From Elusimicrobiota bacterium (GTDB taxonomy: Bacteria > Elusimicrobiota > Elusimicrobia > F11): a stretch of DNA of 64,000 bases. Made by a program: the position numbers and the translations under genes. Positions 1-10,118 of this stretch are shown here, one piece after another. Position 1 is the stretch's first letter, and each line of letters opens with the position of its first letter. The stretch spans positions 128,001 through 192,000 of the forward strand of contig JBGAON010000004.1 of NCBI GenBank assembly GCA_044221725.1, in the 5' to 3' direction. The notes under the pieces are model-generated. The model was not told where the DNA came from. It made no database searches and saw only the letters and a list, made by a program, of their open reading frames with translations.

Positions 1-1
1 T

Positions 2-436
2 GTTGGTGAGGGATCGGAGCGAAAACGTTTCGAGAAACTTCGGGATGATCTTAATCTCGGGACTGCTGTGGAGTTTCTTGGTCAGGTTCACGGTGCACAA
101 AATCATCTTGCGGCCGCGGCGATTTTCGTTATGCCGTCGCGTACGGAGGGAATTCCCAACGCGCTATTAGAGGCGATGGCGATGGGATTGCCCGTGATCG
201 CGTCCGATTGCAACGGTTGCAAAGCCGTGGTTGAAAACGACGTCAACGGTCTGTTGTTTCCATCCGAAAATGCTAAAGCTTTGTCCGAACGTCTCATTCG
301 TTTGGTGGAGAACACGGCGGAACGTGAACGGTTGGCCAAGCGCGCTTCGGAAATTGTGGATCGGCTGGATCCGCCGGTTATTTGGGACGCATGGGAAAAA
401 GTTTTCTCGGATGTTAAAAAGGGAGGCACGATTTGA
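2..436 (+). CDS. Glycosyltransferase family 4 (5'-truncated by window)
   Basis: Frame open from base 2; GT-B motif PSRTEGIPNALLEAMAMGLPVIAS. Confidence 0.9.
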   Translation, partial: VGEGSERKRFEKLRDDLNLGTAVEFLGQVHGAQNHLAAAAIFVMPSRTEGIPNALLEAMAMGLPVIASDCNGCKAVVENDVNGLLFPSENAKALSERLIRLVENTAERERLAKRASEIVDRLDPPVIWDAWEKVFSDVKKGGTI

Positions 437-1338
437 GCGAGCAATCAATGAATCAGGAACTCGTTAGCGTTGTCATTCCTGTTTATAACGAAGAAGATTG
501 CATCGTTGCGACGATCGAGCAGGTGGAGACGGCGCTGCGCGCATCCGGCCGATCGTTCGAGATTATTGTTGTGGATGATGGGTCCACGGACAAATCCGCA
601 GTGCTCGCGAGCTCAAAGAATGTTCGCGTGGTTCGTCACCGGCGAAATTATGGCGTTGGTGCGGCGCGTAAGACCGGAATCAGTCAGGCAAAGGGTTCGG
701 TCATCGTAACCACCGACGCCGACGGCACTTACCCGAACGACCAAATTCCGCATCTGATCGAACGGTATTACGCAACGGATGCCGATATGGTGGTCGGTGC
801 GCGCATCGGAAAAAATGTTGTTTACGAATGGCCGCACCGCGCGATCCCAAAATTTCTCATCCGAAAGCTTGCAAGCTACTTAACCCAAACGAAAATTCCC
901 GATCTGAATTCAGGGTTGCGCGTGATTAAAAAGGAAGCTGCACTCGAATATTTCTTTCTTTTGCCGGACAGCCACTCCTGGGAAAGCACGATCACAATTG
1001 CATTTCTCTCCAACAAAAAAATCGTTGAGTTCGAGCCGATTGATTACTTCAAACGAAAGGGCGGACGCTCGACGTTTGCTCCAATCAAAGACACGTACAA
1101 CTATTTATCATTGGTGGTACGGACCGTGATGTATTTCAATCCGCTGCGGATTTTTATCCCGCTTAGTTTGGGCGTCATGTTGGCGGGCGGAATCAAAATG
1201 ATCTACGACTGGATCGTTTACCACCGTATCGGCGGTCTCGATGTGATTATTTTTGTGAGTGGAGTCATGGTGGTGCTTCTGGGCTTGCTTGCCGATCTCA
1301 TTGTGACCATAGGTCGACGGTCCGCTCGTCTGGTCTAA
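433..1338 (+). CDS. Glycosyltransferase family 2 (DPM/ArnC-like) with C-terminal TM helices
   Basis: SVVIPVYNEE, VDDGSTD, DADGTY motifs; GGAGG before TTG. Confidence 0.9.
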   Translation: MSEQSMNQELVSVVIPVYNEEDCIVATIEQVETALRASGRSFEIIVVDDGSTDKSAVLASSKNVRVVRHRRNYGVGAARKTGISQAKGSVIVTTDADGTYPNDQIPHLIERYYATDADMVVGARIGKNVVYEWPHRAIPKFLIRKLASYLTQTKIPDLNSGLRVIKKEAALEYFFLLPDSHSWESTITIAFLSNKKIVEFEPIDYFKRKGGRSTFAPIKDTYNYLSLVVRTVMYFNPLRIFIPLSLGVMLAGGIKMIYDWIVYHRIGGLDVIIFVSGVMVVLLGLLADLIVTIGRRSARLV

Positions 1339-1342
1339 CAAA

Positions 1343-2593
1343 ATGAAAACGAAACACGCGCTGCTGATATTTTTATTGGCGCTCGTGATTCGGATCGGTT
1401 ACGTGGTTTTGGATAGCCACGGCGCCGATGAAATTAATCCGCGGTTCGATTCTTTTGGATACCACACCTACGCCGTAAATCTTCTCGACCATCATCGCTT
1501 CGAAACCGATAACGGCTATCGCGCCACACGAATGCCCGGTTATCCAGCATTTTTGGCTCTTGTGTACGCGTTGTTTGGTCGGAGCGTGCTCGCTGTGCAG
1601 CTGATTCAAGCAGCGCTCAGCGCGCTCGCCTGCGTCCTCATTGCTTTTGCCGCTTCGCGTTTTTTGCCGTTCGCCTGGGCTGTTGCGGCCGGAATTGTGG
1701 CGTCCGTTTATTTTGATTTTTTTGCCGGAGTTCCGCGTGTGCTCAGCGAAACGCTCTATATTTTTTTTCTATCGACGTTCTTTTTTGTTTTATTCGAACG
1801 GCCAGCGTACACCCGGGCCCGCATTTTCGTCGCCGGTTGTGTGCTGGGTATGTGCGGAATGATTCGCCCGGAAGCAACATTGTTTGGAGCGCTTGTTGCG
1901 GCAGGACTTGTGTTCTTTCCCGCGCAGCAGAAACGAAGCCTTGCGCTGTTTTTTTGCGCCGGCATCGCGATTTTTGTGGGTGCATGGACGGTTCGAAACC
2001 ACGCAATATTGGGCAAATGGATTCCGAGCACAACACGCGGAGGCGCCAGTGTTTATTGCGGATTCCAACGGCCGTTGACCGAATTGGGGCTGGCATCTGT
2101 CGATACGTTAACCTCTTCTTCTTCCGATGAGATTGAAGACGACCGTCTTTTCTATGCGAAAGCCAGACAAGCGTACAGCCAAGCGTCGTGGCGATTGATC
2201 ATGAAGATTTGGTTGTACGGCGTGGTCATTTTGCTGTACCCGTTTCATCCCTGGTACGACTGGACGTTGGTTTTTTGCTGGCCGTTTTGGTTATCCGGAA
2301 TGTGGTTTTTGTGGCAGCGGAGCGACCGGTTTGGCCTGACGCTGATGGCGTATGTTTTATCGAGCAGCGCCCTTTATATCGTTGTGGGCGGAATTGCCGC
2401 GCGTTACCGTGAACCGTTAGCGCCCGGGCTTGTTTTGTTGGCCGCGGCCGGCGGCTATTTTCTCTTCGAACGATTTGGAAAGAAAATCTTTCAACGGTGG
2501 GCCTGCGCGTGGTTGGCCGTAAACTTGGTGATTTGGATTGGCAATCCGTTTATTCGTCAAACGCTCTTATCGTTAAAAGGACGGATTTGGTGA
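1343..2593 (+). CDS. Polytopic GT-C (PMT/ArnT, GT39-like) membrane glycosyltransferase
   Basis: Multiple TMs; D-x-x-x-Y loop, RMPGYP, LSETLY, IRPE motifs. Confidence 0.75.
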   Translation: MKTKHALLIFLLALVIRIGYVVLDSHGADEINPRFDSFGYHTYAVNLLDHHRFETDNGYRATRMPGYPAFLALVYALFGRSVLAVQLIQAALSALACVLIAFAASRFLPFAWAVAAGIVASVYFDFFAGVPRVLSETLYIFFLSTFFFVLFERPAYTRARIFVAGCVLGMCGMIRPEATLFGALVAAGLVFFPAQQKRSLALFFCAGIAIFVGAWTVRNHAILGKWIPSTTRGGASVYCGFQRPLTELGLASVDTLTSSSSDEIEDDRLFYAKARQAYSQASWRLIMKIWLYGVVILLYPFHPWYDWTLVFCWPFWLSGMWFLWQRSDRFGLTLMAYVLSSSALYIVVGGIAARYREPLAPGLVLLAAAGGYFLFERFGKKIFQRWACAWLAVNLVIWIGNPFIRQTLLSLKGRIW

Positions 2594-3183
2594 ACGCAGC
2601 GAGCGCTTTCAAACAGCACACCGGTCTTTTTAGCCCGTTTGTGGATGGAATGCGGCAAAAGAAAATTGCGGCGGCCGTTCGGCCAGGCGAAAACATTTTG
2701 GATGTGGGTTGTGGCCCCGGTTTGTTGATCGCGTACCTTCCTGAACAATGTCGTTACACCGGCATCGATAGCAATCGTGATACGGTCGAGTTCAATTCCA
2801 AAAATTTTTCTCAGCACAAATTTTATTGCGCGAACGTTTTAATAGACGCGCTTCCGATTTCCGAGCCAAAATTTGATGTTGTGGTACTGGGAGCAATGCT
2901 CGAGCATGTTGATGAAAAGACGTTGTTGCTCAAGAAAGTACGAGAAGTGCTGAAACCGTCCGGCCGGATTCTCGCAACAACTCCCAGCCGTATCGGTGGA
3001 TTTGTACATGAGCTCCTTGCACGGCTCGCGCTACTCAGTCATGAGGCGGCAGAGGAACACAAAGGATTTCTCAACTCCAAGGATATTTGTGCGCTTTCCG
3101 AATCAGCGGCTCTGAATGTGCAGCATTACGAAACGTTTCAGTGCGGACTTAACCAATTTTTCATTCTCACGCCCCGGCAATGA
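2590..3183 (+). CDS. Class I SAM-dependent methyltransferase
   Basis: ILDVGCGPG, LEHV, LKPSGR motifs; GTG start overlaps upstream stop. Confidence 0.85.
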   Translation: MNAASAFKQHTGLFSPFVDGMRQKKIAAAVRPGENILDVGCGPGLLIAYLPEQCRYTGIDSNRDTVEFNSKNFSQHKFYCANVLIDALPISEPKFDVVVLGAMLEHVDEKTLLLKKVREVLKPSGRILATTPSRIGGFVHELLARLALLSHEAAEEHKGFLNSKDICALSESAALNVQHYETFQCGLNQFFILTPRQ

Positions 3184-3191
3184 CGATTAGT

Positions 3192-4379
3192 TTACTTCAG
3201 CTTGAGATAAAGGGAAAGATACTTTTCGGCCGCTTTTTCGATCGAAAATTCCAATGCTTTCGCTCCGGCGTGATCGCCCATGATCTCCAGGATCTTCGGT
3301 TCGTTTAGAATTCGCCGCAAGCAGTTTTCAAGTTCCACCGCAGAATAAGGATCAAACAAAAGCCCTTCGTTTTCATGTTCGATGACGTCCATAATTCCTG
3401 AGACACGCGAAGCAAGAATCATGAGATTTGAAGCCATGGCTTCGAGCAGAGAATTCGAAAGTCCTTCTGTTAACGAAGGCAACACAAACACATCGGCGGA
3501 TTGATACAGCTCGTTAACGTTGGTGCGGGCCGGTAACAGCCTAACGGAATGTTGAAGATTCCATTTTGCGATGAGTCCTGCATAATCGCTTTCGAGCGGG
3601 CCTTTTCCCACGAGATAAAAGAACACATCGTTGCGATCTTTAAAAGCGTTGGACCATGCTTTTAAAAAGTGTTCGAAAACGTCGACTTTAATTTTTTCGT
3701 CGCTGAACCGACCCGTGTAAAGAAACACAAGTCCCGACCATCCCAGTGCTTCACGAAGTGCTTTTCTTTGTTGCGGTTTGGCCGGATGATAAATTTTTGT
3801 TTCAACACCATTTGGCATCAAATGGACAGCGATCGATTCCAATCCAAACCCTTCCAACTCATCGCGTTGCGTCTCACTGAGGATGATGAAATTGGGGTGC
3901 AAGAATCCAAGCGCAAGTAATTTAAGCCGGCCAAAAAGCGAGTGACGTGACACCGCGAGCTCACCGATTTTTTTTCCACCACCGATCAGAACGACAACCT
4001 TTTTCCCAATGAGTTTTCCGGCAAGCGCGGCGGCCACCGCGTGCGACGCCGCCAAATGGACATGAATGATGTCGTAGCGCCGCGGATTTCGAATCAGATG
4101 CCAAAACACCGCCACCATGAAGGTAATCGAATGCCATACGGATGTTCCGCCCCAGCCCAGCCGCGTCACGGGGACGCCCTGGATCTTGTCGTTCTTGGGA
4201 TATCCTTGCAGACGTTCGATGAGCACGTTAACGCGCACGCCGCGTTCTTGCAGGGCTTTCGATAGCACAAGGCATTGTTTCTCGGCGCCACCAATGGAGG
4301 GATAAAACGTTTGGATCACCATGACCACGGACAAGGGGTGAGCGGGCTTTTCAGCGGAGGAAGAACGAGAATTCATCAA
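3192..4379 (-). CDS. Glycosyltransferase family 4
   Basis: GGAEKQ N-term; PSLTEGLSNSLLEAMAS. Confidence 0.9.
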   Translation of the reverse strand: MMNSRSSSAEKPAHPLSVVMVIQTFYPSIGGAEKQCLVLSKALQERGVRVNVLIERLQGYPKNDKIQGVPVTRLGWGGTSVWHSITFMVAVFWHLIRNPRRYDIIHVHLAASHAVAAALAGKLIGKKVVVLIGGGKKIGELAVSRHSLFGRLKLLALGFLHPNFIILSETQRDELEGFGLESIAVHLMPNGVETKIYHPAKPQQRKALREALGWSGLVFLYTGRFSDEKIKVDVFEHFLKAWSNAFKDRNDVFFYLVGKGPLESDYAGLIAKWNLQHSVRLLPARTNVNELYQSADVFVLPSLTEGLSNSLLEAMASNLMILASRVSGIMDVIEHENEGLLFDPYSAVELENCLRRILNEPKILEIMGDHAGAKALEFSIEKAAEKYLSLYLKLK

Positions 4380-4433
4380 AGCGTTGATATACCAAAATTC
4401 ATACGGCGAATACGTTTAAAGTAACATCGCGTC

Positions 4434-5927
4434 GTGCACAGAGAACGTTTCTTTGTTGCTTTCACCGGACTCCTATTCATCTTCGCTGCCATGGCGAATG
4501 GTGCCCACGATTTGTGGGCGTCCACCATTATCTATTTGTGCATCATGTTCCTTACGGCCGCGCTGGTTTTTTATGCGGCGAAGTTTCCTGAAAATGTTTT
4601 AGACCTGTCTGTTGTGCCCGCAATAAGTGGCATTCCGCTCGCCATGTTTTTGTCGTTCCATTTCTCCAGCAATCCGTCCGCGGCTTATTTAAGTCTCATG
4701 GATTGGTTGATGTCGCTTCTTTTGTTCGTGGTTGCGATGAACGTGTTCAAATCGGATAGAGCCGTTGAGACGTTTTTCATGATGATTCTTCCGTGCATGT
4801 ACATAGAGTTTGCCATGGTTTTAAAGCAAATTCCACGCATTGAAGAGGAGAAGTGGGGGACGCTCGTCAATGGGAATTTGTTGGTCGCGTTTGTATTACC
4901 GCTCTTGCTTATATTCATTATGAAAGCCGTTAAAGATTGGACCAGCCACCGCACCCGGGCGTATTATTGGATTTCAGGAACCGCGACAGGCCTCGGCTGC
5001 ATGGTTATGGCGCAGAGTGGAATGGGGTGGATTTGTTTGATGATCGGCCTCGCGTTGTATGCTTTTGAATTTAGAGATACACGGATTTTCAAACCACTAT
5101 TTCGTTATTGGCGCTGGTTCGCATGCGTGGGCAGCGTAACTATTGCTTGGATTATTATCGACAAATTTACGCGGCACTACGATCCCACCGTTTATGCTCA
5201 TCGAGGATCGAACGACCGTTTTTACTGGTGGAAGAGCGCCTATCTCATGTTTCGTGATTATCCGTGGTTTGGGATTGGCATTGGAAATTTCGAAAGTGCG
5301 TACTTGGCTTACAAGGTCGGAGGGAAGGAGAACACCTTGTACGCGCACAGTGTGCCAATTGAGATTTTGGTGGAAAGCGGAATTGTGGGGTTCTCGGCCG
5401 TTACGATTTTCTTGCTGGCATGGCTTAACCGTGTTCGTGTGGCATGGAGCGCTGAAAGACTTCGTCGCGAATTTTTGCCTCCGGTCGTTGCCTTATCGCT
5501 GTTCTATACCGTGAACATTGGACCGGAGTACCTCGTTAATTTGATGATGCTCCTGGTGCTGTTCGCGATTATTATCGCGCCCATGGATTACCAGGCCGTT
5601 AAACCCCGCCTTTCCTGGTTTCTCGTTATTGCTGGCGTTTTTGTGGCCGCGTCGCCCTACGTGCTGTCACCCTTTTTCGCCAGTCGGAATATTGTGGATG
5701 GCGGCACCTACGTTGCTGAAAAGAATTGGGAAAGTGCGCAGAAAAGTTTTGAGACCGCCCTTGCGCTGGACTCCCGCGCGTGGGAACCTTACGCCGGTTT
5801 GGCGCGTATCGCTTTTGAACAACACGCGTTTGCTCAAGCGGTGGCGCTTCAAAAACAGGCAATCGCGCGGAATCGGTTGTTTGTTCCGCTTAAAAAAGAG
5901 TTGGAGATCTACGAACGCTTCTTATGA
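4434..5927 (+). CDS. O-antigen ligase (Wzy_C) family protein with C-terminal TPR
   Basis: TM-rich; R..W..A..MF.DYPWFGIGIGNF and AHS..EILVESGIVG; TPR-like tail. Confidence 0.85.
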   Translation: MHRERFFVAFTGLLFIFAAMANGAHDLWASTIIYLCIMFLTAALVFYAAKFPENVLDLSVVPAISGIPLAMFLSFHFSSNPSAAYLSLMDWLMSLLLFVVAMNVFKSDRAVETFFMMILPCMYIEFAMVLKQIPRIEEEKWGTLVNGNLLVAFVLPLLLIFIMKAVKDWTSHRTRAYYWISGTATGLGCMVMAQSGMGWICLMIGLALYAFEFRDTRIFKPLFRYWRWFACVGSVTIAWIIIDKFTRHYDPTVYAHRGSNDRFYWWKSAYLMFRDYPWFGIGIGNFESAYLAYKVGGKENTLYAHSVPIEILVESGIVGFSAVTIFLLAWLNRVRVAWSAERLRREFLPPVVALSLFYTVNIGPEYLVNLMMLLVLFAIIIAPMDYQAVKPRLSWFLVIAGVFVAASPYVLSPFFASRNIVDGGTYVAEKNWESAQKSFETALALDSRAWEPYAGLARIAFEQHAFAQAVALQKQAIARNRLFVPLKKELEIYERFL

Positions 5928-6535
5928 CGAATCATTTTCTGCGGTGGCTTGGCGTTTCGCTTGATCACGGTTGGTACTTTCTTGGCGGGTTTTTTCAGCG
6001 CTTGTAACGACTCGATTGCTTCGCGCACACCAGGCGATACATCCAAAATCTTTTCGAACGTTGCGATGGCCTTCTCATTGTCCTTCCCAGAGAAATAGCT
6101 GTTTCCCAAGCCCAGAAGAGCAAGCGGGTCGTTTGGTTTCATGCGCAACGCGTCGAGAAAACTTTTTTGGGCGCGGTCGGCGATGCCTTTCGTGAGATAA
6201 ATATTGCCGAGCGCAAGAGCGGAATCGTAGGTGTGATTGGAATTTGCAACGGCTTGTGTGAACGCTTCGGCCGCCTTGTCGGTGTTGCGTAACTGAACGT
6301 AGGATTTCCCGAGCATTTCATAGGCGCGACCTTTTTCTTCGGCGCCATCGCCCTCGCGCCAATCGGTGAGCGCGGTGGTCAGCGTGTCGATCGTATTGAT
6401 GTAATTTTTTTCGTTGAACGATTGCTCGGCTTGCGCGATTCGATCCGAAAAGGGCTTGCGGCATCCGGTGAACCCACCTGTCAGGAGTGCAACGCACGCC
6501 ACCGGCCCGGCCCACCGCGAAATTAATTGTTTCAT
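5909..6535 (-). CDS. TPR-repeat lipoprotein
   Basis: Lipobox-like FTGC; several TPR repeats. Confidence 0.8.
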   Translation of the reverse strand: MKQLISRWAGPVACVALLTGGFTGCRKPFSDRIAQAEQSFNEKNYINTIDTLTTALTDWREGDGAEEKGRAYEMLGKSYVQLRNTDKAAEAFTQAVANSNHTYDSALALGNIYLTKGIADRAQKSFLDALRMKPNDPLALLGLGNSYFSGKDNEKAIATFEKILDVSPGVREAIESLQALKKPAKKVPTVIKRNAKPPQKMIRHKKRS

Positions 6536-6562
6536 TCGGTCCGATTGTAGAATAATCGGCCT

Positions 6563-7687
6563 ATGCAATTGGACAACGCAATTTTGAAAAACGCCGTGTT
6601 CGCGCTCGACCCGACGAACTTCACGCGCAACATTTGGGGCGGAAGTTGGCTTGAGCGCTTGAAAGGAATTCCGGTGTCGCGCGCTCGAATTGGTGAGTCG
6701 TGGGATTTTAGCGGCCGGAAGGAACGGCCCACGTATGTTCGGTTTCCAAACGGGTCCTCTCTTGCGTTAACAGATCTTGTCCAGAAATATCCGAACGAAA
6801 TTTTGGGGCCGCGCATCGTGTCGCGGTTTGGCCCTGTTGTGCCGATCCTTTTGAAATTTATTGATGCCTGTGACAATCTGTCGGTGCAGGTGCATCCCTC
6901 GAACGATCACGCGCCGTCCGAAGAGTTTGGAAAAGCGGAAGCGTGGTACATCCTCGAAAGCGGAAAAAAAGCGGGCGAAGGATATGTCTACGTGGGTTTT
7001 GATCCGAAGAAAGCCGCCGGCTACGCATCCCGGGAAATGTTTGAATCCGCTTTTTTTGACGCGTTAACGCAGGCGCAAGGATACGGCGCGAGTGACAACG
7101 CAAAAATTCGCGAGAAAGCGGCGCGGCTGGTACTTCCTTTTTTAAACAAAATTCGTGTGAGGGCGGGCGACACCTTTGAGCTGCCGCCGGGCACCGTGCA
7201 CGCTATCGGCCGCGGCGTAAGGTTGTTTGAAATACAGCAGGCGAGCGATCTTACCTACCGGTTGTGGGATTGGAACCGACCGTCCGCGGCAGTGGGCCCA
7301 AATGGAAGCCTGCAATTGCGCGAACTTCATTGGAAGAAGGCCCGCGCGGCCTTAAATTTTTCGGCCGAGGAACCCGAAAACTTTCGGCCAGCCCCTGAAC
7401 GCGTGGAGGCCGCTGGAAAAGGAAAATTTTCCGAAAAACAATTGTTACTCGACCGCGAGAAAAAATTTGCGGCGAATCTTATTTCGCTTTCGACGCGCAC
7501 CGCGGAATACCACCTGAAGCCCAGCGGCGTATTTCAGGTCCTCACCGTTGTGAAGGGGGAAATAAAGGTAGGGGGGCTTGTTACCAAGGCAGGCCACTCC
7601 GTGTTGATTCCAGCCTCCTCGTGTGGCGCCCAAGTCCGGGCCACCCGGGCCCCGGCCTATATAATAAGGAGCTACGTTCCGATCTGA
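6563..7687 (+). CDS. manA: Type I phosphomannose isomerase (cupin)
   Basis: IWGG, GESW, LSVQVHP, GKAEAWY, PGTVHAIG, EIQQASDLTYRLWDW. Confidence 0.85.
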   Translation: MQLDNAILKNAVFALDPTNFTRNIWGGSWLERLKGIPVSRARIGESWDFSGRKERPTYVRFPNGSSLALTDLVQKYPNEILGPRIVSRFGPVVPILLKFIDACDNLSVQVHPSNDHAPSEEFGKAEAWYILESGKKAGEGYVYVGFDPKKAAGYASREMFESAFFDALTQAQGYGASDNAKIREKAARLVLPFLNKIRVRAGDTFELPPGTVHAIGRGVRLFEIQQASDLTYRLWDWNRPSAAVGPNGSLQLRELHWKKARAALNFSAEEPENFRPAPERVEAAGKGKFSEKQLLLDREKKFAANLISLSTRTAEYHLKPSGVFQVLTVVKGEIKVGGLVTKAGHSVLIPASSCGAQVRATRAPAYIIRSYVPI

Positions 7688-8523
7688 CGCCGCAGCGATT
7701 GGCCTTTTTGTTTCATCTTGTCGAGGTCGGCCGCATCCACATCGTTTGTCACTGTTAAACTTTGAAGCGTATCGAGAATTTCGAGCGCCTTCTTTTTGTC
7801 TCCGGCGGCAGTCGCAAAATATTCCGCCAAATAATAGTGGTTGAACACGTTGGTCGCATCGATGGCGATTGCTTTGTTCAATTCCTCGAGCGCGCGCTTT
7901 TTGTTGCCGCCCGCGAACCCGGGCACTTTGTAATCGACGATGCCCAGAACGCGGTACCCGGCGCCGCCTTGATAACGATCGTTGATGCGGTTCACCTCTT
8001 CCAATTCTTTCCGGATCGGTTTTACGAGCGCCAAACTTTTTAAAACTCCTTTCACTTCACCGTAGCTGCCATACAAGGCGGCCAACCAAAAATGCGCTTC
8101 GGCCGAATTGGGATCGATCGCGATCGCTTGCTGCTCAAGCTTCATTCCTTTCTCGAACATCGGCAACTTGCTCGATTTGTTCGTGTCATGATCGGCCAAC
8201 CAATGACACGCGCGTCCCGCTTTCCATAGCGCAACGACCGAAGTTTTGTCCCCAGCAAACGCTTGTTCGTAAAGCGCCAACGCTTTATCGGCGCCCGCTG
8301 TGGGAGTTCGCGCGGACCACGCCTGATCGGCCTGAGTGATGAGATCGGCGACTACGGCTGATGACGGGACTCCCTCTCCCTTTAGGGGGAGGGTTGGGGA
8401 GAGGGTCGGAGAGAGGGAAAGCACGAGCGAAAGAAGAAAGGATCGGGTGGTTTCCCTCACCCGGCCTTTGGCCGAGCTCTCCCTAAAGGGAGAGGTAATC
8501 CACTTCGGAGCCAAACCATTCAT
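7672..8523 (-). CDS. Secreted TPR protein (TRAP-T TatT-like)
   Basis: TPR helices (AEAHFWLAALYG, RVLGIVDYKVPG); N-terminus formed from a palindromic repeat. Confidence 0.7.
   Translation of the reverse strand: MNGLAPKWITSPFRESSAKGRVRETTRSFLLSLVLSLSPTLSPTLPLKGEGVPSSAVVADLITQADQAWSARTPTAGADKALALYEQAFAGDKTSVVALWKAGRACHWLADHDTNKSSKLPMFEKGMKLEQQAIAIDPNSAEAHFWLAALYGSYGEVKGVLKSLALVKPIRKELEEVNRINDRYQGGAGYRVLGIVDYKVPGFAGGNKKRALEELNKAIAIDATNVFNHYYLAEYFATAAGDKKKALEILDTLQSLTVTNDVDAADLDKMKQKGQSLRRQIGT
8370..8496. repeat. Paired REP-like palindromic element (CCCTCTCCC...GGGAGAGGG type) inside CDS
   Basis: ccctctccctttagggggagggttggggagaggg and inverted mate ccctcacccgg...ctctccctaaagggagagg. Confidence 0.75.
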
Positions 8524-8526
8524 TTC

Positions 8527-10023
8527 TTAACCCACCACAATCGATTCCGACGTTCGAATAACATCGAGAAATTGGAGCGCCGTTTTCGCTCGCATCAGTT
8601 GTTTGAGAAGCGTTTCGTTCTTCGCGAGCGTGGCGACGCGCGCAAGGATGCGCATTTGTTCGAGCGGCGCCGCCGCCGGCGTTAAAATTAAAAACGTGAG
8701 GCGCACCGGGACTTTGTCCGGGCTGTTAAACGGAAGCGGATGTTTGCTTCGACCGATGGCGACCATTGCGTGCTCCAAGCCGATCACGCGGGCATGGGGG
8801 ACCGCGACGCCGCGTCCAATCGCCGTTGAAAGTTGGCTCTCGCGCAGCATAACGGCCGCTTCGACGGCCCGCATGTCGAGTCCAGGATTAACGGTTTTAA
8901 GTCGCAACAAAAGCGACCGAACCACCTCGAGCGTTGAGGTGGCTTTGAAATCCAAATCGATAACATCCGCGGTCAATAAATTCTGGAACGACCAAGCGTT
9001 CGGAGCGTCGAATTCATCGAGGATCTCGCCGAGAATCTCTTCGACCACATCTTCCAGAGTGATAAGCCCCACCAGTTTGTTGTTTTTTGTGACGGTCACG
9101 ATGTGTTTGCCTTGAGACATCATTGTTTTCAAAAGCGGCTGGAGCGACATCGATTCGTCGACGTTTGCGAGCGGCCGTGCCACCTCTCTTAATTCCGGAA
9201 CGCCAGCGCCTTGGAGCGCCAAGTCTTTTACGTGCACAAAACCAGCGAGTTGATCGAGATCGGGGTTTCCGAGCGGATACCGCGAGAAGTGATATTTCAC
9301 AAGCGTCTGCTCATTTTCATCCCACGTTTTTGCGGTGGACAAAAAAACGATTTTGTCCTTGGGCACCATGGCGTCGCGTGCTTTTAGATCTTCGAAATCG
9401 AATAAATTTTCGATCAACAGCAGTCGATCGAGGGGCAGCAAGCCCTTCTCTTGAGACATGCCAAGAAGCACGCGCACCTCTTCTTCGGTAAAAACCTCTT
9501 TGTGTTCCCCCACAGGCCGGAAGCCAATGAGCCGCGCCACGAACTTCGAGCTTTTCGCCATGAACATAATGGGGAAGCGTAGCGCTTTGTAAAACGCCGA
9601 CAGCGGAAGCGCGACCCACAACGCGAGCCGCTCGGCTTGCTGAATGGCCACGTAGCGCGGAACCAGTTCCGCAAACACAATTTGGATGTAGATCACCAAG
9701 CTAAATGAAATAAATGTCGTGAGAGGGTACGAATACGGGCGGAGCAACGCGGGCCACGCCCAGTTGCGATTCACAAATTCCGCAACGGCGGGTTCGCCGG
9801 CCCATCCGAGGGCGAGCGTGGAAATCGTCACGCCGATTTGAATGGCCGATAAATAATTATCGAGGTTGTCCATCATCGATAAAACAATGCTCGCGCGCGT
9901 GCGGCCTTCGCTGCGCATCACCTCGAGGCGCGGTCGATTCGCTTTCACGAGCGAGAATTCGGCGAGAACGAAGAAGATATTGCAGGCCAGAAAGCACAGC
10001 GCGGCTAGGAAATGAAGTGTCAC
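8527..10023 (-). CDS. CNNM/HlyC-CorC family transporter (DUF21 + CBS pair) fused to PTS EIIA domain
   Basis: FFVLAEFS, QIGVT, ELVPR, SRYP, GLITLEDVVEEILGEI; C-term RE..LSTAIGRGVAVPHAR. Confidence 0.9.
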   Translation of the reverse strand: MTLHFLAALCFLACNIFFVLAEFSLVKANRPRLEVMRSEGRTRASIVLSMMDNLDNYLSAIQIGVTISTLALGWAGEPAVAEFVNRNWAWPALLRPYSYPLTTFISFSLVIYIQIVFAELVPRYVAIQQAERLALWVALPLSAFYKALRFPIMFMAKSSKFVARLIGFRPVGEHKEVFTEEEVRVLLGMSQEKGLLPLDRLLLIENLFDFEDLKARDAMVPKDKIVFLSTAKTWDENEQTLVKYHFSRYPLGNPDLDQLAGFVHVKDLALQGAGVPELREVARPLANVDESMSLQPLLKTMMSQGKHIVTVTKNNKLVGLITLEDVVEEILGEILDEFDAPNAWSFQNLLTADVIDLDFKATSTLEVVRSLLLRLKTVNPGLDMRAVEAAVMLRESQLSTAIGRGVAVPHARVIGLEHAMVAIGRSKHPLPFNSPDKVPVRLTFLILTPAAAPLEQMRILARVATLAKNETLLKQLMRAKTALQFLDVIRTSESIVVG

Positions 10024-10061
10024 AACAGCAATTTACTGCAGCCCGAGCCCCGGACGCAAGC

Positions 10062-10097
10062 AAAGAAAAACGGCAGCTCCCGTGGGGAGCTGCCGTT
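10062..10097 (-). terminator. Intrinsic terminator
   Basis: Hairpin aacggcagctccc-gtg-gggagctgccgtt followed by U-tract on minus strand. Confidence 0.8.
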
Positions 10098-10118
10098 CGG
10101 ACGGACCTTGGTTATGTT

